Assembly (NCBI RefSeq): GCF_004010195.1 | Contig: NC_057718.1 | Coordinates: forward strand, 72,610,674 to 72,674,673 | Direction of reading: 5' to 3' | Length of the DNA stretch: 64,000 nucleotides | Source of the DNA: Chiloscyllium plagiosum | Taxonomy: Eukaryota | Part shown: positions 24,001 through 36,374 of the stretch, piece after piece | Layout: each line of letters opens with the position of its first letter | How positions within the stretch are numbered: position 1 is the stretch's first letter | Made by a program: the position numbers and the translations under genes | Notes under the pieces: model-generated | What the model was told of the DNA's origin: nothing | Databases searched by the model: none | The model's input: only the letters and a program-made list of their open reading frames with translations

Positions 24001-25603
24001 CTAAACAAAGCAAATTTAACTACTGAGTTAATACCTTTGAAATCCTTTTTAATCAACAGAAATCAAAAACAATTTTGAATCCATTTGCACATCATAGTTA
24101 GTTATCAGCTCTCATCAAACAGGAAGCTGTGATTAATTAGCAGGAAGAGAGGATTCCTGTTGCTGGAAGGATGAATAACAGAAAGCAAAGACTACAAGTA
24201 ACTGGCAAAAGAAGCAATGGTGACCTGGAAAAACTTTGGAGGCACAGTCAACTGAAGCTTTCAAAAGGGAACTGGATTGTTATCTGAAAAGAAACATTTG
24301 GCAGGCTATGGGGAAAAGCAACATAGTGGAAACAGGTAAACTGTTCTTTCAGAGGGCCTGCACATATACAATGGAACAAATGGTTACCTTCTGTGCTGTA
24401 ACCAATCTATTATTTTAATGGCAAGGATTTTGGGTCTGTGATAAATAAATCATGTTTACAGCAGCCCACACACCTTTTGTGGGGTTTTACACAAATTTCT
24501 AATAATCAGGAGTTTGGTACAGCACATCATCCTATGCAACGGATCCCAATACCTGAGTGAATACAAAAAGCATCAGTGTGCCTCTTCAATCAGACTGAAG
24601 AATCTTCTGAGCCACACAGTGCCCAAGCTAGGAATAATCATTTAAAGAATATAATTCATGGAAGATCCAAGAGTTTAAAACAGATGTGAGGGGATTCTAG
24701 AATCAAAACACCAAAAGAATCTTTACTAGACAAATTCAAAAAAACACAAGCTAAAGTAAATAAATAGTTAGTAATTACTTAATAATTCCAAACAATAAGC
24801 TTCTACCTTGCACTAACTCCAATAGACATATCCCAACATAATTTACTTTACTATGAATTTCACATCGATGACCTTATAACATTCTCATATCCCTGTTATT
24901 CTGGGTTCATCTGCACTAGACAGGATTCGGGTTTCTAACAAATCCATATTGGTTGAGAGGTGGTCAGGACTCAGAGGGTGACTCTTAAAGGGCAACCACC
25001 TAACCCTCACCTGCGTTCCCATGTGGGAGCAAATGGAAGCCTTCCAAGTGAGCACGGAGATTGTTGCAGTCCTCAGAAAAATGGTATCGAGTAGTCACTT
25101 AATATTCTTAATTGTTGGTGAGTCAAAAAAGCTTCCAAAGGGGTATCACACTCAGCATTTAATTGCTGAGCGTTTCGGACATTACATACATTGAGTCAAG
25201 CATCAAAAGACTAAACTATGGATTTACAACAGTATTATTGTAAATCAATAGCACAAAGTGTAGTTTCCACCTTTCCCTTCTGGATCCTTTTGTGATCACA
25301 CATGGTGTTCAGATCCATTTTGACACATCACTGGTACATATGGAACTTGAAACTGGGTCTTCTGGCCAAGAGCAAGATACTCCCAAGATACCAGCTTTAC
25401 AAAAAGAAAATCAACTTGTTCAGATATGTTATGACACATCGAGAGAAGACAGGACTTGAAGCCAAGCTTTCCAGGTCAGAAGAGAGATACACAATCACAA
25501 GATCCCAATCCAAAAACCTATATCAATGACGTTCTGTATTCAGTCCACCAGAGTTTACTCCTCTAACATTGAATACACCATACTCTATTCCACTTCTATC
25601 ACT

Positions 25604-25772
25604 TGGAGATAGTAAGAACTGCAGATGCTGGAGATCAGAGTGGATAAAGTGTGGAGCTAGAAAAAGCACAGCAGTCCTGATGAAAGGTTCCGACCAGAAA
25701 CATCGACACCCTTCCTCCTTTCATGCTGCTTGACCTGCTGTGCATTTTCCAGATTCACTCTTTATCTACCCC
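25604..25772. repeat. Inverted pair of Penelope mini-element halves around a hammerhead-like core
   Basis: The left arm (gtggataaagtgtgg...gaaaaagcacagcag) is approximately reverse-complementary to the right arm (ctgctgtgcattttccag...ctttatctac). Core CTGATGAAAGGTTCCGACCAGAAACATC at ~25677. Confidence 0.7.
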
Positions 25773-25799
25773 CACTTTTATCACTTACCAGACTGTAGA

Positions 25800-26670
25800 T
25801 TTTTTTTAATCAATGTGTTTGGACGTGTTATGTCACATCTATAGGAAAGGTTTGGATGGATATGAGTCAGGAGCGGACAGGTGGGATTCGTTTGGTTTGG
25901 GATTATGTTCAGCATGGACTGGTTGAACTGAAGAGTCTGTTTCCATGCTGTATGATGCTATGACCTCTGGAGCAGGTAGAACTTTGAACAGAGGCTTTCC
26001 AAAAAAAAATCTATTTGGCGCTCAGTTTGGGATCTGCCAGAGACACCCAGCTCATGTTTCATGACAGATGTTTTTCAAATCAACCTGTTCAATAATATAT
26101 GAAACACATCTGGTGCAGGTGAGGCTTGAAATTGGGCCTCCTGGCTCAGTGGTAAGGACACTATTACTGTGCCACAATAGCCGTAAACTCAGGGATCGGT
26201 AGGGCTGGGACAAAGACCTTCTGCCCCATAGGTATGAAAGCAACTTTACTTTTGAAATACCTCATCACCAAGTTAGCCAGTTACCCTATGAATAAGCAAT
26301 AAATGACACCAAATGGCATAGTAACAATAACAAAGCGAGTAGGAAAAGAGCGAGGGCCTAAATCAGATTAGAGTTGGAAGAGGAGATAATGCATTCCAGC
26401 CCTCATATGATAATTTCTGAACACAGTTTCTGATACTTTCCAATTAAATTTCATTACATATCTCTGGAACAGGTAGGACTTGAACCAGATCTACTGGCTG
26501 CCAAGTAGGGACATTAACATTGCACTTGAAGACTATTCTCGGAACCCTGCGAGCTGTTTAAAAAGAAAAATTCAGCCATGTTATGATATACTTCTGAAAC
26601 AGGCAGGTTATGAACCCATGTCTATTGGCTCAAAGGTAGGGACACTATCATGGCAGCATCAAAAAGGGTG
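25800..26670 (-). repeat. Cluster of tRNA-derived SINE-like units
   Basis: Recurrent ctggagcaggtgggacttgaacc...ggtagggacact units at ~25967, 26109, 26464 and 26594. The minus strand gives A-box/B-box-like motifs. Confidence 0.65.
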
Positions 26671-26984
26671 GCACTGGAAATGCACTTCAGGCGGCATCAA
26701 TGCAGCAGGTCAAAGTTTCAACATAAGCCCTTAATGTCATTCCTGATTAACTGTTTATGCCCAAAACTTTGACTCTCCTACTCCTTGAATGCCTTCTGAC
26801 GTGCTGTGCTTTTTCAGCGCCACCGTTTTCGACTCTGACTCTCCAGCACCTGCAGTCCTCACTTCTCCACACTACTATGGCAACATAGGAGCCCCCTCCA
26901 TTTCTTTTTTGCTGTCTTAGTGTCCCACAATACCTTGTAACAATGGGGTTCCAATCGGGATCAGTTCTGTGACTGGAACTGTTT

Positions 26985-27830
26985 ACAACCAGACTAATGC
27001 CATTTACAAGTTTGCTGATGACACCACCATAGTCGGTCGAATGTCAGATGGGAATGAAATAGACTACAGATGGGAGGTGGAAGACCTGGAAAAATGGTGC
27101 ACTGAGAACAACCTAGCTCTCAATGCTGGCAAAACCAAGGAACTCATTATTGATTTTGAGCAGGATGTTACTTATGCCCCCATACACATTAACAGCATGG
27201 AGGTGGAACAAGTAGAGAGTGTTAAGCTCCTGGGAGTGGTCATCCACAACAAGCTTTCTTGGACTCTTCCTGTGGATGCACTGGTTACAAAGGCCCAACA
27301 ATGTTTCCTCTTCCTCAGACATCTGAGGAAATTTGGCATGACGGTGAATACCCATGCAAACTTTTACAGGTGCGCCATCAAGAGCATTCTGTCTGGATGT
27401 ATCACTACCTGGTAGGGCAACTGTACCATTCAAGATAGGAGACAGTTACAGAGAATGGTGAACTCGGCTCCGACAATCACAAAGGCCAACCTCCCATCTA
27501 TAGAATCCATCTGCCAGGCCTGCTGCCAAAGAAAGGCGACCAGCATTCTCAAAGATCCATCCCACCCTGGCAATGTTTTTCTACAACCTTTACCATCAGG
27601 GAGAAGGTACAGGAGCCTGAACACTCGCAACAGTTTCTTCTCTACTGTTGTTAGAATACTGAATGGCCTCTCAAACTCTTAACATTTGCCTGTACCTGTG
27701 TTTTTGTTTTTGCCGCTATTTACCTATTATTTACTTATCTGTGCTACTTAACTCTGATCTGACTGCATTGCATGCAAGACAAAGCTTTTCACTGTGCCTC
27801 GGTACATATGATAATTTAATTCAATTTATA
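26985..27830 (+). mobile_element. Rex1/Babar-like LINE 3' fragment
   Basis: IYKFADDTTIVG...WCTENNLALNAGKTKELIIDF...FYRCAIKSILSGCITTW, then ILKDPSHPG..LPSGRRYRS and an AATTC-type tail. Confidence 0.82.
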
Positions 27831-28984
27831 TTGGTGACTTGGATGAAAGAAGTGAATGCACTGAAGCCAAATTTGCAGAAAACATGAAATTAGGTGCAAA
27901 GTCAGGTTGTGCAAACAGTTTACAGAGAGACATTGATAAGTTAAGTAAAGGGCATTAAGTTGGCCAATTGAGTACACTGTAGGAATATGTGAAGTCACTT
28001 TGGAAGGGAGAACAAAAGAAGAGTATATTATTTAAATGGGGAAAAACTACAGAAGCTGCAACACAAGAGACTTGGGGGTACTTGTGCACGAAACATAGAA
28101 AGCCAGCACTCAGCTACAGTAAGTATACAGGAAGATTAGAAAATGTCTTCTGAGCACAAAAAAAAAATCCTTCCAATAACAGTGGGCACCAACGGTCAAT
28201 ATCTCTGCCCACAACAATGGAGGTGGTTGTCAGGACTGGCTCTGCATAGCCTAGAGGAGTGTAATACCATCTCTATGTTGATTTGAAACTACTTACAAGG
28301 TTTCTGAAAGAAGTGGTTGGGCATATGCAGCTGTCTAGGCTACTGTCTACACCTGAGATCTGAACAGGCATAACAGTTGCACCTGAAAGACATTAGGATA
28401 ACAAGAAATTGGAATAGGTGGGGCCCATTTGACCCGCCAAGACTGATCCTGTACTCAGGATTATGGCAGATCCGATATTCTTAACATTCAGTTTCCTCTC
28501 CTTTCCGCGTAACCTTCGATCCCCCTGACTGTTCAAAAATCTATGTCAGCCTTAAAGGACTCTGCTCCCTTAGCTCTCTCTAGCAAAAGACACAAATTAT
28601 TGAGAGAAGAAATTCCTCCTCATGTCAGTCTTAATTTGGCAGCACCTAATTCTGAGAGTACACCCTCTGGTCCTGAACTTCCATAAGGGGAAAAACATTC
28701 TCTTAGCATTTCCTATGTCAAGCTCTGTAAGAATCCTAAATGTTTCAGCGTCATCACATCTGAACCCTTGTAAACTCCAAACGTCTGCACCATACCTGGG
28801 ATCATCCTAGTGAACCTTCTCTCAACTAGCTCCAATGCCTTTCCTGAAAAGGCGGACCAAAGTGCTCACAATACTTTAGATGTGGTATCTTGTAGAGTTC
28901 AGCAAGATGTCCCTGCACTGATTTCTGTGGAACCCCACTGATTACATTGTGGGATAGTAAAAGATCAAAAAGATTAGATAGATA

Positions 28985-29915
28985 GGGCTTTTGTAGTGCT
29001 ATGATAGTGTTTCTACCTCTGATTTGAGTTCAAACCCTAGCTGTTCTAGAAATGCATCATAACGTGAACTTTTTTAAAAAGAACGAGCAGGATTCAGACA
29101 AGAGTCTTGTTATTCAAAAGTGTTTGGGCAACCCTAAGGAGCAGGTGGGACACTTTCCTTTCATATGTAGAAATGCTTTTATACATCATTGAACTTTTTT
29201 CATACCCAATCACCCATGTGACTTTTCACCTTTATAGTCCACTCCTGAAAAAAAATCACCCATGTTTCTGAATCAATTACTAATTTGCATGTAAAACCCT
29301 ATCTAAGAGCAGATGGACTTTTTTTTCTAATCAACCCGCTCAGAAAGGTTATTACACATTAAAAAAAAATCCAGAAAAGATTTTCCAGGTAGGACTTTTT
29401 AAAAAGTATTTAGAAGTGCCCAAAAAACTGAACATTTTTCTCCCCTCACAAAATCACATGTGGTATCTTTTAATCTAGCAGGTGAGACTTGCTCTTTGCT
29501 TATTTTCTAATCAATCTGTTCAGTGCTGCTGAACATGTTTTTCATGTTTTCAACAGTTCACCGCCACCAGTAATCACCTGTGCAATTAGAAGTTTACATG
29601 CAAGGCAAAAATGAGAGAGGGGGTCAATGGCGAACAGAAGGGACTAAATCAAAATGGAGTTGGTGGACGTTTTTTCTTACAGCCAAGTGAGACTTGAATC
29701 CAGGCCTCCTGTTCCAGGGATAGAGACACTACTGTGCTGCAAGAAGGCCCCAGCAGGTGTACTTTTTTTTTAAACGTAACCATTTTTTAAAAAATTGACT
29801 TGTTCAAAAATGTTACTACAAATCTCTGGAGCAGGTGGGACTTGAACCCAAACACCCTGATTTAGGGGTAGGGTCATTACCTCTGCACTACAAAAGGGCC
29901 CCTTAGCAAGTGTAC
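28985..29915. repeat. Second cluster of tRNA-derived SINE-like units
   Basis: The same unit occurs at ~29138, 29327, 29680 and 29825 (minus orientation), with one plus-oriented copy at ~28990. Confidence 0.6.
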
Positions 29916-30539
29916 TTGAATACAGAATCCAATAAGCTTTACTTGCTCTCTAATAAATCTGAGGTATTCTGGTTTACCTTACAGGGACCTGCAATTCTGA
30001 CAAACAAGAACAGAGTATGTTTCTCTCCAGGGATAATCACTTCATTAAGGCCCTTTCTCAATAGCTAGTTGCTACATATTACGTTTGTTGGACTATAAAG
30101 TGGGGCATAAGTCACTTCTTAATTACAGTGAGGAAAAATTCAAACAACATGTCAGTAAACTAACATATACTTTTCCCATATGGAAAAAAGTATGAGAAGT
30201 ATGTGGAAAATGCTAACTCACAACTCCTTAAATCATATCCTTATGATCAGTACATTCAAACCACCAAAATACTTCCCATCATTTTTGTAATTGTTACAAG
30301 ATGGAATTGCCCTCCATTTCCTCCATCTTGGATGTTCTCTGCCATTTTCTTCTCAATAACTCCACATAGGAGTCCATTATCGAAGAATGCGATCAAAGTT
30401 TTATTTTGTTCAGCCCGAAACATTAACCAAAGAGATGAGTTTCCAAATGAAGTTGTTGAGAAATCCACACAGAATATTTTGGCCAGAAATGTCATCTTCT
30501 AAGAATCAATTTAGCCCCAAAGAGACCTTCAATACCTGT

Positions 30540-31756
30540 CACCAAGGATGACAGTCAAAAAGTACGGTGCTGAAAAAGCACAGCTAGTCAGTCAGCATCC
30601 CAGGAGCAGGACAGACATTGTTTCAAGCAGGAGTCTTCATCAGGAATTGGCAGAGGCGGCAGAAAAAAAGTTCAATCTCGCAACGTATGTTGAATTCATT
30701 GTAGGGGGATGAAGGTGAGGCCTTTACTGAGGACTGACCATTCATCCTCAGTGAGGGGGAGGTCTGGGAGGATAGTAAAAACACAACAGGGCTGGGAGCT
30801 AGGATCTGGTGTGGGGCTGGAGTTGGGAGTAGGGGCAGAGACTATCTCTGGAGTGGTGCTGCTATGGGATCGTGGGTGATTTAACCAACGGAAGTGACAC
30901 TCACAATGGGAGTCAGGGAAGCAGAGATGGTGCCTTTGGTGGCATCCGTGGAGGCAGAAGTGGCGAAACATGTAATGTTCACGATGTTGTGATGTGAGTG
31001 ACATCGGTAGAGGCGGAAGTGGCTGAGGCAGTGGCAACTACAGGGGTGGAAGTGACATGCGGAGTAGATTTCATGGTGGTTTTGATGGCAGTGGATCTTG
31101 CGGTGGTCGCAGAGGCAAGTTGTCTTGCCAGAGATTGCGGAGGCCGTTGTCTTGTTGGTGATTGCGGAGGCGGTATAGTTGGTGGTGGCTGTGGTATGTG
31201 GAGCAGCAGAGGCTGAAATAATGTCATCGTTTGCTGTGGGGATGGTGGCTGGAGCATAGCTAATGGCATCTCAGCAGTTCCAGAGGCTGGGAGAAGCTTC
31301 TGGGATGTTTGAGCAATTTGAGCTTGGAGGTAAGTACATGAAAGTTGGGTGTACTTACATTTCTTGATGTCCGATATGATGGAAAAAAAGTGTCTGCTGA
31401 GTATGTGGGTTCTTCTAAGGAAGAAGAACAACAAAGGTCCTTTGCAAGTCTGGGAGTGTGTGGCCCTGAGCTAGGGCAGGGCTGACTGCAGGGAAAGTAG
31501 GTGGCAGCCCATGGCTGCAAGCGTGGAGCAGAGGATCCAGAGGGAGAACAGTTTCTGTATGCTTTGGATTTGCTGTAGGTAGTGGTTGTCCTGGTCAGGT
31601 CCAAATTGTGATGGTCTTGATGTAGCCTGGATGAAGAGCTCATGCTTGAAACATAGACTCTCCTGCTCCTTGGATGCTGCCTGACCAGCTGTGCTTTTCC
31701 AACACTGCACTTTTTGACTCTGAGCTCCAGCGTTTGCAGTCCTCACTTTCTCCCAC
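30540..31756 (-). mobile_element. Penelope N-terminal ORF fragment bracketed by inverted terminal-repeat mini-elements
   Basis: PCCVFTILPDLPLTEDEWSVLSKGLTFIPL resembles the LSKGL motif upstream of Penelope RT. Mini-element copies in opposite orientations lie at ~30545-30648 and ~31627-31756. Confidence 0.72.
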
Positions 31757-33858
31757 GGATGACAGCTTTTTTTTTTAAAATAAAAGTATGTATCCACATA
31801 GGCATCACTGGCTGGGACAGCATTCATTGTCCATCCCTCATTGCCCTTGAATTGACTGGCTTGCTATTCCATTTCAGGCAGCAATGCAATTAAGAGTTAA
31901 ATACATTGTTGTAGGTCTGCTCTCACAAGTAGTTTGGAAAGGTAAGGATGGCAGGTTTTCTTTCCCAAAGGACTAGAACTGGATGTGTATTCATGACAAT
32001 TGACAATGGTTAAATGGTTACCATTTGACTAGCTTTTAATTCCAAATTTTACTTTTATGGCTATCAAATTTCATCATTTGACATGTCAGATTCAAGCCTC
32101 TGTTCCCAGAACATTAGACTGAGATTTTATGAGTGAAATCTTACTTTTATTCTGCTAAGTTCAGGTTGCATTCAGTTTTTGATGATTTTTTTTGCTGCAA
32201 GGCCTAGCATGGTCTCTTACCCTATCTTACCAAAATTCCCACATTAATTATCTTACATAGATTCTCCCTTATTAGATTCTGTCTCCTTCTTAATAGGGCT
32301 GAAAGACTTCACGTACGTGTAGGACTGTCCAACATTCAGCTCCTCACCCTTTAAATGAAAGGCATCCTGATTGACCAATTCTAAGCATATGGGCTGCCAC
32401 TAAAGATACCCTCGACATACTATGCTGGGACACCCTGATTGCTGGCTATTTCACCTTGACTTGATTGAGGTCTACTGATAACCACATCAACGGTCCTTCT
32501 TTTGCGTCTACACTAAATGGCATGGCAAGACAGAAGTAATATAAACCTGATATCTCCAACCGAAGAGGTGGGGGGCAAAGTCCAAAAAAGCACGGCAAGG
32601 CCATGCAAAGGCGGCATAGTCATTAACATTGCAGTCTCATATTGCTAGGGACCCAGATTCTATTCTAACCTCAGGCAACTATATGAAGTTTGCATATGCT
32701 CCCTGTGTCTGCATGGGTTTCCAGCCGGTGCTCCAGTTTCTCCCACAGTACAAAGATGTGTAGATTAGATTGGACTAGTCACTATAAATGTGGGGTTACG
32801 GAGATTTGGGGCGTATCTGGGTGGGATACTTCTCAAAGGTTAGATGCGGACTTGGTGGGCTGAATGGCCTTTAGTTGGACTTTTATGATTCTCAGGTACG
32901 GAAGCTGTAGGTGCTCAGAGCATGTAAGTGCTAAGCAAAGAGCCAAGGTACAGCATGGTTCATTCCAAGAACTGAGTGCATGTTCCTGAGCACACAGAGT
33001 CTTTGCAGCAGCATTACAATAATAGTTGCTGGTGTAGCCTTGAAGTGCAGAAGATACTGCAAGAGTATCAGAGATCTCTATGATGATTATTAGAGGCTGA
33101 TACATTTTGAGTCAGTGTCCATGTAGATGAGACACATGTGGCTGGTGCCCTTGTAACATGCCCTAGGATTTTGTTGCCTGTGTCCAACACGGAGCTTGCT
33201 TGGTGCAATAGACAATCTGCATGCAAATCTGAATACTTCTGGTACCTGATCTAATTTCTATGTCAAGTTTTTTTGTTGAAGTGTAGCTTGTTAGCAAGAT
33301 AGAAAGCAAATTTAATAAGGCAGTTTGGATCATCAACAAGGTGCTTAACAAATAAGAATCCCCCTTAATTAGAATCTTGCCACTACCTAGAGAGAAACTC
33401 ACTGTGATGTTTTGTAAAAGCATAAAAGATATTGCAAAATGCTCCCAACATCAAGGTGAGCCTTGCCAGACTTCGTCCACTTTGCCACACATTTTCAGCA
33501 TTACCCACACTGCTCAGAGCCCAATAAACTTTAGTCGAAGATTCAGTTTAGTGACATTACCACTGCATCATCTCTCCCCTTTGCTGACTATTTTGACCAT
33601 CCTCAAGCAGCTCTGAGTCCTTACTTTAGCAGATATCAGGAACTCACAACTCTAGTGAAATTGTGAGTACTTGCTCAAAAGTCAGTTCAGTCCATAATAA
33701 CATATTCCAGCATTTCCATCTGGCTTTGGCATCAACTGTTTGAAAATCTGCAATTCAACCATGATAGGCAAAAAACACCATATAAACATGCACATCTGTT
33801 TTTCTAACTCCAAGCTGAATAACGTTTTAAATGTAATGTAGCTTTTAATTGTACCAAC

Positions 33859-33959
33859 CTGTCAAAAGTACGATTAAAGGAGGAAGACTTGTTGATAAGT
33901 AGGTCTCGTGTAATGTGCCAAAGTACTGAAAAATTGACGTGTGCTTCCGTACGTATTTT
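33859..33959 (-). CDS. DOP1A: DOP1A internal coding exon (101 nt; absent from the ORF track)
   Basis: Acceptor ttttattgtag|AAAATA, donor GACAG|gttggt. Encodes KIRTEAHVNFSVLWHITRDLLINKSSSFNRTFD(R). Phase 0-2, joining the flanking exons in frame. Confidence 0.94.
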
Positions 33960-34389
33960 CTACAATAAAAGATAATCAATATTTCAAACTAAGCATTCAC
34001 TTTATTTGTACACTTAACTTTTCATCCTTGAACTGGAATAGTATTAGTTTAGCTGAAAACTTGTCCAAGTTTGCTCTCTGAATTCAAAGCCAACTACATC
34101 CATTAGAATTTCAAGTGGCAGAAGGAATGGTCATGGGTCAGATAAGATCCCACTGAATGACAGAATAGATTCTACTAACAAAATGGTTCTGCATTTCTAT
34201 GAATGAGGAGATACAGGAAATCTTCCGAATCTTTCAGGCCTGAGAGCGAAAGAATGGGCAAACAAGAGAGTTGAAAGCAAAGCGAGACTGGCAGGAAGAT
34301 GAAAGAACTGTGTGGAAAATTTGAATTAAAACCCAGCAATTTGGGAAAAAAGTCAAGGTGTTTCATCACAAAGAGCAGGTCTGTAATTC

Positions 34390-34755
34390 GGGACAAAAAT
34401 AGAAATTGCTGGCAAGCTTGGCAGGTCTGGCAGCATCTGTGGACAGAAATCAGAGTTAATGTTTCAGGTTGAATGACCCTTCCTCAGAACCTAGCAACAG
34501 TGAAATTAATGATGGTGGATACAGAAAAGGTTGGAATAGAAATCCTGTCAGAGACAGTAGCAAAACGTCTTCAAGGTGGGCATGCCGAGAAGAGAAGTGG
34601 TGGGGAGTTAAAGACTAAATAAAAACCGAAAGAACTGTGGATGCTGTAAATCAGATAAAAATATAAATTGCTGGAAAGCTCAGCAAGTCTGGCAGCGTCT
34701 GTGCAGAGAAATCAGGGTTAACATATCAGGTTGAGTGACCCTTCTTCAGAACTGT
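34390..34755 (-). repeat. Two tandem type-B Penelope terminal-repeat copies with decayed hammerhead cores
   Basis: Minus strand GTTCTGAGGAAGGGTCATTCAACCTGAAACATTAAC (~34455-34490) and GTTCTGAAGAAGGGTCACTCAACCTGATATGTTAAC (~34716-34752). Confidence 0.7.
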
Positions 34756-35349
34756 GATTGGTTTGTGAGCAGTTAGTTTTCACTTTTTAAATTAGGGCAT
34801 TTGTTCAAAATTAGGAGGTGAGAAGTTGAAACTTTCAAATCAGGCTAAGTGAATGAGTGAATTAATGAAAGCACATTGGGGTATTAATTTAAATTAATTA
34901 TCTTAAATAAGTTTGTGGGTGTAGATTATTAAAGTGGGATTTCTTTCGATCATGAATAGGTGTCAGAGAATTCAAATCCTGTGCTCACGTAGGAACTTTA
35001 TGACATTCCATGTGTGTTGAGGGACCACATTTGTAGGAGGTGTCTCGAGATAAAGATTTCTGAGTGTGAAAGACAGATGGAATGATTGTGATACATCAGG
35101 GAACATGAGTATATCATGAATCAAACATCCAATATGTAGTCAGTGAGTAAGTTCAGAATAATAAATAGGTAGCAACTGATAAAAGTAGAAAGATGAACAA
35201 AGTACAGGAAACTTTTGGGGGTGGCGCATTCCAAAACAGATACTGCTGAGAACAATACCATCAAAGGATGCAGTCCTGACCACGGATCAAAACATCTAGT
35301 TCAGTGAAACAGGAAGTTAAATTGGAGGATTCTAGACTCATTGATACAT

Positions 35350-36374
35350 CATACTGGCTAACCGGTCGAAGGCAGAGAGTGGTGGTAGATGGTAAATATT
35401 CAGCCTGGAGCCCAGTTACAAGTGGAGTTCCGCAGGGATCAGTTCTGGGTCCTCTGCTGTTTGTAATTTAGGTGAGGGAGTCGAAGGGTAGGTCAGTAAA
35501 TTTGCAGATGATACGAAGATAGGTGGAGTTGTGGACAGTGAGGAGGGCTGTTGTCGGCTACAGAGGGACTTAGATATGATGCAGAGCTGGGCTGAGGAGT
35601 GGCAGATGGAGTTCAACCCTGCCAAGTGTGAGGTTGTCCATTTTGGAAAGACAAATAAGAATGCGGAATACAGGGTTAACGGTAGGGTTCTTAGTGAGGT
35701 GGAGGAAGAGAGGGATCTTGGGGTCTATGTTCATAGGTCTTTGAAAGTTGCCACTCAGGTGGATAGAGCTTGTCAGAAGGCCTATGGTGTATTAGCGTTC
35801 ATTAGCAGAGGGATTGAATTCAAGAGTCATGAAGTGATGTTGCAACTCAACAGAATTTTGGTTAGGCCACATTTGGAGTACTGTGTGGAGTTCTGGTCGC
35901 CTCACTTTAGGAAAGATGTGGAAGCTTTGGAGAGGGTGCAGAGAAGATTTACCAGGATGTTGCCTGGAATGGAGAGGAAGTCGTACGAGGATAGGTTGAG
36001 AGTTCTCGGCCTTTTCTCGTTGGAACGGCGAAGGATGAGGGGTGACTTGATAGGGGTTTATAAGATGATCAGAGGAATAGATAGAGTAGACAGTCAGAAA
36101 CTTTTTCCCCGGGTACAACAGAGTGTTACAAGGGGACATAAATTTAAGGTGAAGGGTGGAAGGTATAGGGGAGATGTCAGGGGTGGGTTCTTTACCCAGA
36201 GAGTGGTGGGGGCATGGAATGCGCTGCCCGTGGGAGTGGTAGAGTCGGAATCATTGGCGACCTTTAAGCGGCATTTGGATAGGTACATGGATGGGTACTT
36301 AATCTAGGTTAGAAGTTCGGCACAACATCGTGGGCCGAAGGGCCTGTTCTGTGCTGTATTGTTCTATGTTCTAT
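35350..36374 (+). mobile_element. Young 5'-truncated CR1 LINE with an open ORF2 C-terminus
   Basis: [10 protein letters not shown] and SKFADDTKIGG, a 258-codon open frame at 35531-36307, and a (GTTCTAT)n tail. Confidence 0.93.

Noticed and set aside
25130..25540. Possible ancient RTE-like ORF end (KKKINLFRYVMTHRE)
   Set aside because: Only a faint resemblance that cannot be supported without a search.
25800..29915. CRISPR-like repeat-spacer array
   Set aside because: Vertebrate intron with long, degenerate, irregularly spaced units and no cas genes.
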